Source of the DNA: Caldilineaceae bacterium
GTDB taxonomy: Bacteria > Chloroflexota > Anaerolineae > Caldilineales > Caldilineaceae
Length of the DNA stretch: 64,000 nucleotides
Direction: 5' to 3'
Assembly (NCBI GenBank): GCA_965220285.1
Contig: OZ244818.1
Location: 4,133,629-4,197,628 of the forward strand
Shown piece after piece: positions 51,091 through 59,894 of the stretch. The notes beneath the pieces were generated by a model. The model made no database searches, was not told where the DNA came from, and saw nothing but the letters and a program-made list of their open reading frames with translations. Within the stretch, counting starts at the first letter, position 1, and every line of letters begins with the position of its first letter. A program made the translations under genes and the position numbers.

Positions 51091-51702
51091 ATGAGCATCG
51101 TTCACTTGGCCCGTACAGTCTATGACGGCATTGTCGACCACGCCCGCGAAGGGAAACCTGAGGAGATCTGCGGCATTCTGCGCGGACGTGAGGGACGTGC
51201 GACGCAGCTTTACCGCGCCCGCAACTTGGCTGAAGACAGGATAGACAACTACGACGTCGACCCGCAGACGCTCCTTAAACAGTTCGAGTTTGAAGAGGCA
51301 GGAGACGAAATGGTGGCAATCTACCACTCGCACCCGGTCTCAGTAGCCTACCCATCGGCCACCGACGCCTGGAACGCTCACTATCCGGATACCTACTACC
51401 TCATCTGTTCGCTGGAATTCGACGACGCGCCGGTTATACGGGCTTTTCGAATGGAGCCGCAGTGGCCCGATGCGGATCTGGACGCGGCGCGAGATACCAT
51501 CCCTTTCGATGAGGTGAGGCCCGGTCTGTTCGGTTACTATCAGGCCCCCTCCGCCCCCGTGCCGCAGGAACTGGGGGACTTCCTGTCTGGGACTGCTCCT
51601 CCTCTTTACATTGTTTTCGCCACTGACGAAGCTGGCACAGTTGACGACTTTCGGGTCGTCGGCGTGAGAGAGTTTCCGGTGCAGGTGTTCGAAAACGCTT
51701 AG
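51091..51702 (+). CDS. JAMM/MPN+ metalloprotease (Mec+-like) with a ~60-aa C-terminal extension
   Basis: EEICGIL glutamate and an exact JAMM motif, HSHPVSVAYPSATD (HxH-x7-S-xx-D). Confidence 0.85.
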   Translation: MSIVHLARTVYDGIVDHAREGKPEEICGILRGREGRATQLYRARNLAEDRIDNYDVDPQTLLKQFEFEEAGDEMVAIYHSHPVSVAYPSATDAWNAHYPDTYYLICSLEFDDAPVIRAFRMEPQWPDADLDAARDTIPFDEVRPGLFGYYQAPSAPVPQELGDFLSGTAPPLYIVFATDEAGTVDDFRVVGVREFPVQVFENA

Positions 51703-51870
51703 CCTTTACTGATTCAGTAGCAGAGCGCCCCACCAACGAGACGGAATGAAGTGCGTATAGAATTGAATTGGCAGTTTTTTGGAAGGGAACCGTTGCCAGA
51801 ATTTTCGTAGCCTTTGAGAATTTTCCTCATGCTTTTTACTGAAGGGAGCGCGCTTCCACTTGCGGACAGT

Positions 51871-51899
51871 TTGACTTTTGTCGCTACAAGAACTATAGT
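51871..51899 (+). promoter_or_regulatory. Candidate sigma-70 promoter in front of the sulfur-carrier genes
   Basis: TTGACT (51871-51876), 17-nt spacer, TATAGT (51894-51899). Confidence 0.5.
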
Positions 51900-51905
51900 G
51901 TCGGC

Positions 51906-52277
51906 TAGGAAAACAACACTCAGGCAATCATATCCTGATGCGTGCTCTAAGACAGGCGACCTACCTGAAAACTTGCTCGTGTCCTTAGCGGGCGCCGCCA
52001 GCAAGAAGCTGGTGGTTTCCCGCTGTCCGGAAAAGGAGCGATGAGAGCGTTCGCTTGTCACTTGGCTCGCACTCGACGGACGATTCCACGTTCGCAGTGA
52101 CGCCAGCCCATACCAGTTGGCGCAAAGGTGTTTTGGCAAGCGCGTGGGATCGGGATACCGTGCCAGGTCTGCAATCGAACGCCGGACCCATCGCTACGAT
52201 GGTTCCGGCATTTTTTATGGGTCGTCGCAGATCGCAACTGTTTGAATCGGAGAGATCAGAAAAAGGAGAGCCGAGGA
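51906..52277 (+). other. Long structured 5' leader (candidate riboswitch/attenuator or sRNA) of unknown class
   Basis: About 370 nt lie between the promoter and ATG 52278 with no credible ORF. Several strong hairpins are present (for example 51988-52023), and a canonical terminator lies 60 nt before the start codon. Confidence 0.4.
52181..52216 (+). terminator. Intrinsic terminator inside the leader (attenuator)
   Basis: GCCGGACCCAUCG-CUA-CGAUGGUUCCGGC (12 of 13 positions paired) followed by AUUUUUU (52210-52216). Confidence 0.6.
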
Positions 52278-52556
52278 ATGGCAACTGTGTTCGTGCCGAC
52301 AGCACTGCGCCGCTTCACCGCCGGTCAGTCAAAGGTGGAAGCGACCGGAACAACGGTTGGCGAAGTGATAGGACAGCTGGAAGGCAGCTACCCGGGCATT
52401 GGTGAGAGGCTTCTGGACGAAAACGGTAATGTAAAGCGGTTTATAAATGTGTTCCGCAACGACGACGAAATTCGCACCCTGGACGGGCTGGCGACGACAG
52501 TCGAGGATAGCGACAAGATATCAATTGTGCCGGCGATGGCTGGCGGGAGCAGGTGA
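52278..52556 (+). CDS. cysO: ThiS/MoaD-family ubiquitin-like sulfur-carrier protein (CysO-like), C-terminus ...AMAGG-SR
   Basis: 92 aa with a beta-grasp-like pattern. A Gly-Gly is followed by two extra residues. AAGGAG lies 9 nt upstream of the ATG. The ORF-track start 52128 was rejected. Confidence 0.8.
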   Translation: MATVFVPTALRRFTAGQSKVEATGTTVGEVIGQLEGSYPGIGERLLDENGNVKRFINVFRNDDEIRTLDGLATTVEDSDKISIVPAMAGGSR

Positions 52557-52559
52557 ACT

Positions 52560-53831
52560 ATGGCGCAACTCAACCGAGATCAACTGCTGCAGTTGGCAAG
52601 GAGCGAAGTCCAGGAGATCACGGTAAACGAAGTGAAGAACCGGATCGACAGCGGCGACGCCATGACGCTCATCGACATTCGTGAGCGCGATGAGTGGGTT
52701 CAGGGGCATATCCCCGACGCGTCGTTCTTGCCGCGCGGTCACCTGGAGCTGCAGATCGAGCAGCACCAGCCGGACCGCTCGCAGTCGGTCGTGATCTACT
52801 GTGCCGGCGGCGTGCGCTCACTGCTGGCCGCACGAAATGTGCAGGAAATGGGCTATTCGGACGTCTACTCGCTTAACGGCGGTTTCGGCGGCTGGAAAAA
52901 CGCAGGTCTGCCCTTCAAGGTGCCCACAGTGCTGTCCGATGAGCAGGGCATACGCTACAGCCGCCACACGATTCTGGATGAAATTGGAGAAGAGGGACAG
53001 ATCAAGCTTCTCGACAGCAAGGTGCTGCTCATCGGTGCCGGCGGGCTGGGCAGCCCGGCCGCCATCTATCTGGCCGCGGCCGGTGTGGGCCAGCTCGGCA
53101 TCATCGACTTTGACGTGGTCGACGTTTCCAACTTGCAGCGTCAGGTTCTCCACGGGGAAAGCGATGTGGGCCGCCCCAAAGTTGAATCAGCCCGCGACCG
53201 CATCGCCGAAATCAATCCCGATGTCACCGTTGTGGGCTATCGTGAACCAATCACGAGCCACAACGCCTTCGAGATCATGCGCGGTTACGACGTCGTCATC
53301 AACGGTTCGGACAACTTCCCGACCCGCTATCTTGTAAACGACGCCTGCCAGATGCTTGGCATCCCTCTTGTGGACGCCAGTATCTTCATGTTCGAGGGCC
53401 AGGTGACCGTCTATCAGCCGGAACAGGCAGACGCCGACAGCCCGTGCTATCGCTGCCTCTACCCGGACCCGCCGCCGCCAGGTGAAGTGCCAAGCTGCGC
53501 GGAGGCCGGCGTGCTGGGTGTCCTGCCCGGCATCGTAGGCTCCATCCAGGCGATCGAAGCAATCAAACTTATCGTTGGCATAGGGGAACCTCTATCTGGG
53601 CGGCTGCTCATGATCGACACGCTCGACATGACCTTCCGTACACTTACTGTGAACCGAGCCTCCGATTGCCCCGTTTGCGGCGACACCCCGACAGTCACCG
53701 AGTTGATCGACTACGAACAGTTCTGCGGCATGCCCAGTTTCGACGAGCATGCGACAGAAAACGTAGCCGAGGCCTTTGCCGAGACGGTCGCGGCCAATGG
53801 CGCTGGTCAGCCTGAACTGGTGAAAGCATAA
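52560..53831 (+). CDS. Rhodanese - ThiF/MoeB (E1-like) adenylyltransferase/sulfurtransferase fusion
   Basis: N-terminal rhodanese with the active-site loop VIYCAGGVRS, then LIGAGGLGSPAAIYLAAAGVG, DFDVVDVSNLQRQ, and the zinc pairs CYRC and CPVC. Confidence 0.88.
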   Translation: MAQLNRDQLLQLARSEVQEITVNEVKNRIDSGDAMTLIDIRERDEWVQGHIPDASFLPRGHLELQIEQHQPDRSQSVVIYCAGGVRSLLAARNVQEMGYSDVYSLNGGFGGWKNAGLPFKVPTVLSDEQGIRYSRHTILDEIGEEGQIKLLDSKVLLIGAGGLGSPAAIYLAAAGVGQLGIIDFDVVDVSNLQRQVLHGESDVGRPKVESARDRIAEINPDVTVVGYREPITSHNAFEIMRGYDVVINGSDNFPTRYLVNDACQMLGIPLVDASIFMFEGQVTVYQPEQADADSPCYRCLYPDPPPPGEVPSCAEAGVLGVLPGIVGSIQAIEAIKLIVGIGEPLSGRLLMIDTLDMTFRTLTVNRASDCPVCGDTPTVTELIDYEQFCGMPSFDEHATENVAEAFAETVAANGAGQPELVKA

Positions 53832-53846
53832 AATGGTTTCTGAACG

Positions 53847-54854
53847 GTGGATAGTGTTGCGCACTATCCACCGTCACCTGACCTGCCAATGATTGCCCAA
53901 GCCCTGTCACCAATATCCGCAGAAAGAGGTGCCTCAGACAGCGCGATTTCCGTGCTGGACGACATCGGCAATACGCCTTTACTGGACCTGACCGAATTTG
54001 CCCATGGTTGTGGCGTGCTGGACCATGTACAGCTTTTCGCCAAGGCAGAGTGGGCGAATCCAGGAGGGTCGGTTAAGGCACGAGCAGCCTTCAAGATCGT
54101 GGAAGAGGCCGAAGAGGACGGAAGGTTGGGCGCGGGACAGATTCTCATCGACAGTAGCAGCGGCAATACAGCCATCGCTTACGCGCTGGTAGGCGCTGTC
54201 CGGGGATTCCCTGTCCATCTCGTGATGCCAAAGAATGTAAGTCGCGAGCGCAAGGCTCTGGTAAAGGCGTACGGCGCAACGCTGATTGAATCGGACCCGC
54301 TGGAAGGTTCAGACGGCGCGATCCGCATGGTGCGGAAGATCGTCGCCGCGAACCCGGAACGCTACTTCTACGCAGATCAGTACAACAACGATGCCAACTG
54401 GCGCGCCCATTACGAGGGCACGGGCCCGGAGATCTGGCAACAAACGCAGGGGCGCGTATCCCACTTCGTCGCCGGACTGGGCACGACCGGGACATTTGTT
54501 GGTGCAGGCAGATTCCTGCGCGAGCAAAACGCGGCTGCACAACTGGTAGCAGTGCAGCCCGAGGATGAACTTTCCGTTATCGAAGGACTGAAATACCTGC
54601 CGACTGCCATCACTCCAGGGATATATGCCCCGTCCTTAGTGGACCGTCACATGACAGTTTCTGCAGAGACCGCATGGGATGTCACGCAGTCCCTGGCACG
54701 GGCGGCCGGGTTGTTTGTCGGCTTCAGTAGCGGGGCGGCCGTCGCTGCTGCAGTCCAGGTTGCAAAGGAGCTTCCCCGCAACACAGACGGAGTCGTCGTC
54801 ACACTCCTTCCCGACGACGGCAGCAAATATGTGAGCCTGGGTCTTTTCGACTGA
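53847..54854 (+). CDS. cysM: PLP-dependent cysteine synthase (CysM/CysK family)
   Basis: GNTPLL, NPGGSVKARAA (PLP lysine), SSSGNTAIA and GTTGTF. The start is uncertain: GTG 53847 or ATG 53889. Confidence 0.85.
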   Translation: MDSVAHYPPSPDLPMIAQALSPISAERGASDSAISVLDDIGNTPLLDLTEFAHGCGVLDHVQLFAKAEWANPGGSVKARAAFKIVEEAEEDGRLGAGQILIDSSSGNTAIAYALVGAVRGFPVHLVMPKNVSRERKALVKAYGATLIESDPLEGSDGAIRMVRKIVAANPERYFYADQYNNDANWRAHYEGTGPEIWQQTQGRVSHFVAGLGTTGTFVGAGRFLREQNAAAQLVAVQPEDELSVIEGLKYLPTAITPGIYAPSLVDRHMTVSAETAWDVTQSLARAAGLFVGFSSGAAVAAAVQVAKELPRNTDGVVVTLLPDDGSKYVSLGLFD

Positions 54855-54910
54855 AGCGAGCAGACCTTCCTTCAGGCCTCCTCTGGACAACCCATCTCAA
54901 CTCACTCCTC

Positions 54911-57513
54911 TCACTCCATGCGCAGAGCCTCTGCCGGGTCCGTCCTGCTCATGCGCCAGGCCGGATAGAGACCGGCCAGCATCGCGGCCGCAAGCGCTAC
55001 CACAAAGGCTTGCCCAAACTCCCCTGCCTGTAGACGCAATGACAATGTCCAACCGAAAGAGCGCAGGTTGATTATGTAGATGAGAATCAGCGCCAGGATG
55101 AATCCGGTCGGAATCGCGATCAGTCCTGCGCTTGTTCCGAGCAGGCCGGTCTCCAGGAGCGTGAGCCCCCATAGCTGCCGCCGCGTCATGCCGTTGGCCC
55201 TTAACACGCCGATCTCCCTGGCGCGCTCCAGCTGCAGACTCATCAGCGTGCTGAGAATGCCGACGAACGCGACGAATGTCGCCAGCAAACGTAGGGCGAC
55301 CGTGATGGCAAAGGTGCGATCGAACACCTCCAGTGCGTTGCGCCGGACGCCCCGATTTGAGCTGATCAACAGCTCCGCCTCGCCCGCAAACTCACGACGC
55401 AGCGCGTTGACAGTTTCATCCACGTCGACGTCCGGTTCCACAAAAAGAGCGATGGTTGAGACCGCCTCATCGTTCCAGTAACTCCGATATACCCTGTCGG
55501 ACATTAGCAAGGTGGGGTTTACGTCGAAATCAAAGGTAATTCCGACGACGGGGAAACTCTGCCCTCCGGCATCGGTAATCAGTTGCAGAGCTTCGCCGAC
55601 TCGCAGTCGATAACGGTTGGCCATCGTCTCGTTGATGACCACGCCTCCAGCTTCAACGGCGCGCCAGGTAGCGGTGGTGTCTCCAATCGCTTCACGGTAG
55701 CGGCGGTCTTCTCCAGCCAAGTCGCGCAGCAAGGCAGCCAGTTGCACATTGACCTGCTCTCCATCAGGTAGAGTGGCGGCCGCCTCCACTTCGCGGCTTG
55801 TCGAGAAGCCGGCAATATCCGCAAAAGCGACCAGATCCCCCAGCAAGGCAGGCTCCAAAGTTGCGTTGTTGCGATTTGGGCCCAGTGCGGGCGCCGAGAT
55901 GAATATGTCGGCCTGCAAGATTTCGTCCAGCCACTGTTCAACCGTCAGCCGGAAGGAGACGATCATCACCCCAACGCCAATGATCACGCTGACTGCGACC
56001 ATGAGAGCTGCGATGGCTGCAGACGTGCGCGAGAGTGAGCGCATGATGTTGCGGGGGGCCATGCGCGTGAGGATGCCGAAACGACGGCTGAGCATGCGGC
56101 GCACGCCGTCCATCAGCAGATGCGTGAGCGCCGGCGTCACCAGCGCCGCGCCCAGGATAACCGCGAACAGGCCGGCGAAAGCAACAACGAGATTCCATTC
56201 AGGTATGAGCAGAACGGCGCCAAGCAGGCCAAGGAGCAGGCCTGCCGCGGTGAGCCTCGGAAGGGCGCGGCGAGCCTTCTGTTCGATACCGGAGCGTAGA
56301 ACTGCTCCGGCCGGAGGCACGCTCGTCGCCTCAAACGCTGGCAGCAGAGCCGCCAACAGCGCGGCGCCGATTCCGCTGAAAGCCCCTTTGGCAAGCGTCC
56401 AGATCGGGACATCGGCGCTACGCACGGCCACGACAAAGAAAAGATCGTTGATGGTCTGAGTGACGGCCTGTACCGCCCCCCGGCCCAGGAGAATACCCAG
56501 CCCCAAACCCAATCCTGTGCCGATGACACCCAGGGCGGCCGCCTCAATCAGTATCATGATAAATAGCTCGCGGCGGGTCATGCCGAGCGCCCGCAGGATC
56601 CCGAGAACGGGTCGGCGCTGGACGACGCTGAAAGATACCGTGTTGTAGATGAGAAACATCCCGACAACCAGGGCGAGCAGGCTGAGAGCGGTCAGGTTGA
56701 GCCGGAATGCGGCGGTCATCTCCTCTACCGTAGCCGTTCGCGCAGCGGGGCGAATGATACGAGCCCCCGCTGGCAGAATTTTTCTGACCTCTTCCAGACG
56801 GGCTGTGCCTTCCGCACCTCCCGGCAGAATCAGATCGATGCGGTCCAGGCGGCCGACTCGCCCCAGTAACTCCTGCGCCGTGCTGATGTCGACAATGAGC
56901 AAACCATCCAATGCGCGCCTGCTCAACTCGTTCGAAGGAACCAACAGCCCGGCTATGGTCAACCTATCCATCCGCGCGCCGATGCGAATCGGCAGCGATT
57001 GACCGGGCCGCAAATTGTAGCGGTCGGCCACCGATTGCCCGATCAGAACTGTTTTGGGCTCCAGAAGAAAGGGCGTGATGTAGTCGCCGAAGCCTTCCAC
57101 CTCGGTGGCGCTGGTAGTCTGGTCATTGCCTCCCAAATAGCTCCGAAAAGGCGGTTCAGCGAAGGGGTCAATGCCGAGAAGACGCATCGGTTGAGCGTCC
57201 AGCTGCGATACACTTACATAGCTTTCTACGACAGGGGCGCTGAGCCGAAATCCCAATTCACGGCGCAGCCGGACGTAAAATGCGGAATCGACGCCGTCGG
57301 GCCCGCCGACCACCTGATGCGTTGCGCGGCCGGTAATCTGCTCGGTCCCAAGCGCAAAGGCCCGGTTGGCTGAACCGTTGGCCAGATCGATGGCGACGAT
57401 CATGGCGACGCCGATGGCAACGCCGATCACAAGAAATCCCGACTGCAGCGGACGGCGCCAGCTGTGCCGCCAAGCCAGTCGCAGCAGAGCGCGCCGAGGA
57501 AGAGCAACTCTCA

Positions 57514-57517
<4 letters not shown>
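54911..57517 (-). CDS. ABC transporter permease with duplicated FtsX/MacB-type modules
   Basis: 868 aa with two repeats, each an extracytoplasmic domain plus a 4-TM FtsX-like bundle. It overlaps the upstream ATPase gene by 4 nt. Confidence 0.85.
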
Positions 57518-58329
<812 letters not shown>

Positions 58330-58585
58330 TTCACTCTGGTAATCGAAGCCGCCGCCGTGGGAAACTCCGTCAGGCTCATTCTATCAGTCTAGAGTAAAGG
58401 CGCGGAAAATGGCTGTGACGAAGATACCAGAGATGACCCCTGTCCTTGCGCGCAATCCTGACCAGTGTGCTCCTGTACTCGCTGTTTGGATTCTCAACTG
58501 GCCGATGTTAGCCTTCACTGGTGGTGCTGGACTTTCGAGAAACTTGCGATGTTAACGGTCCCCAAGTTAGGCAGAGAGGAAAGTT

Positions 58586-59818
58586 ATGAAGAAAGACTTG
58601 GATCGATTGATGGAAGAACGTAACCTGGACGGCTTTCTCGTGCTGGGGGAAGGGCACGGCCCGGTCATGAGATACCTGACCAGTGGCGGGTTCTTTGAGG
58701 GAGCGCTCTTGTTGAAGCCGCGCGGCGAAGAGGTGACTCTCGTCCACGGCATGATGGAACGAGACACGGCGGCAGACACCGGACTGCGCACGGTCAACCG
58801 CGAAGAGCATTTCAACGGTTATGAGTTGCTCAAGGAGTTCAAGGGCGACAGGTTGGCGGCAAATGCAGCGTACGTTGCCCGCGCAATGGAGATGGTCGGG
58901 TTGCGCGGACGCGTCGGCGTATACGGGCTGCAGGACGCTGGGGCATCGCTGGCCCTCATGGGTAAGGTGAAAGAACAGATCGAAGGCATAGAAATCGTCG
59001 GCGAGTACGGCGAAACGCTCTTCAGCCAAGCTCTCATCACCAAGGACGACGCCGAACTCGAAATCCTGAAGCGTGCCGGACGGCATACCTGTTCGGTGGT
59101 GGGTGACGTGCAGGCTTTCATTCAGGAGCACCAAGTGGGCAGGGACGAGATTCTACTCAAGTCGGATGGCGAGCCGCTGACTATCGGCGACGTCAAGGCA
59201 TACATGCGCGGTCGCCTGCACGCCAATGGTTTGCAGGAAGACCACGGCACGATCTTTTCGCAGGGCCGGGATGCCGGCGTCCCCCACAACTCCGGTGATC
59301 CGGATATGCCGCTGCAACTGGGCCGCTCCATCATCTTCGACATCTTTCCGACAACCGAAGAAGGCTACTTCCACGACATGACTCGAACCTGGAGTCTGGG
59401 CTATGCAACCGATGAAGTTCAGGAAGCCTACGACCAGACCAAGGAGATTTTCGACCGCGTCATGGCAAATCTGGAGTTGGGTCGGCCGATGCGTGAGTTT
59501 CAGCTCATGACATGTGACTACTACGAGAGCAAGGGTCACAAAACAGTACGCAGCCATCCGGGGACGGAAGAAGGCTACGTGCATGGTCTCGGTCATGGCA
59601 TCGGCCTGGAGATTCACGAAGGGCCAAATTTCAGCCATGCCGCGGGCGAGGATAAAGTCCTGTTACCCGGCCATGTGGTGACGATCGAGCCAGGGCTGTA
59701 CTATCCCAGTCGCGGATACGGCGTGCGCGTCGAGGACGCGGTCGCCTACAATGAAGCGGGTGAACTGATTTGGCTCACCGACTATCCGTATGACCTGGTC
59801 ATACCGATGAAGGGATAG
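58586..59818 (+). CDS. M24-family Xaa-Pro aminopeptidase
   Basis: HGLGHGIGLEIHEGP and the EPGLY pita-bread-fold metal site motifs. Confidence 0.88.
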   Translation: MKKDLDRLMEERNLDGFLVLGEGHGPVMRYLTSGGFFEGALLLKPRGEEVTLVHGMMERDTAADTGLRTVNREEHFNGYELLKEFKGDRLAANAAYVARAMEMVGLRGRVGVYGLQDAGASLALMGKVKEQIEGIEIVGEYGETLFSQALITKDDAELEILKRAGRHTCSVVGDVQAFIQEHQVGRDEILLKSDGEPLTIGDVKAYMRGRLHANGLQEDHGTIFSQGRDAGVPHNSGDPDMPLQLGRSIIFDIFPTTEEGYFHDMTRTWSLGYATDEVQEAYDQTKEIFDRVMANLELGRPMREFQLMTCDYYESKGHKTVRSHPGTEEGYVHGLGHGIGLEIHEGPNFSHAAGEDKVLLPGHVVTIEPGLYYPSRGYGVRVEDAVAYNEAGELIWLTDYPYDLVIPMKG

Positions 59819-59830
59819 AAAATCGCGGGC

Positions 59831-59867
59831 AAAAAAAGTGAGTGGGGAAGCTCCCCTCTCACTTTTT
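59831..59867. terminator. Bidirectional intrinsic terminator between convergent genes
   Basis: AAAAAAA-GTGAGTGGGGA-AGC-TCCCCTCTCAC-TTTTT: the stem has one mismatch and is flanked by an A-run and a T-run. Confidence 0.6.
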
Positions 59868-59894
59868 CAGCCTCTTTTGTGATGTCAGGCAGCG

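Noticed and set aside
51938-51988. 16-codon uORF (MRALRQATYLKTCSCP) with two Cys codons in the cysO leader, considered as a possible cysteine-sensing leader peptide.
   Set aside because: It has no Shine-Dalgarno sequence and only two Cys codons. It ends ~190 nt before the terminator, so ribosome stalling could not directly control the terminator/antiterminator choice. I keep it only as a remote possibility.
51906-52277. Attempted to read the cysO leader as a T-box, SAM-I/SAM-IV, Moco, cobalamin, glycine, ZTP, fluoride or c-di-GMP riboswitch, or as RNase P, tmRNA, SRP or 6S RNA.
   Set aside because: The hallmark sequences are absent or only weakly approximated. These are GGGUGGNACCGCG, GAGGGA...GCAACC, the B12 box, GGAAAGUCCGG, GGAAGGAAGCAGC, and a CCA-ending tRNA-like domain. 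One example of a weak match is GGGAUACCGUG against the T-box core. It needs a covariance-model scan.
51091-54854. Interpreting JAMM + Ubl + E1 (with the neighbouring CHAT protease) as a ubiquitin-like protein-conjugation or antiphage (Bil/CBASS-like) system.
   Set aside because: No E2-like or target/effector gene is present. The E1 carries a rhodanese domain, and a cysteine synthase gene follows directly. Together these fit the established sulfur-carrier (CysO/CysM/Mec) pathway. The CHAT link is only positional.
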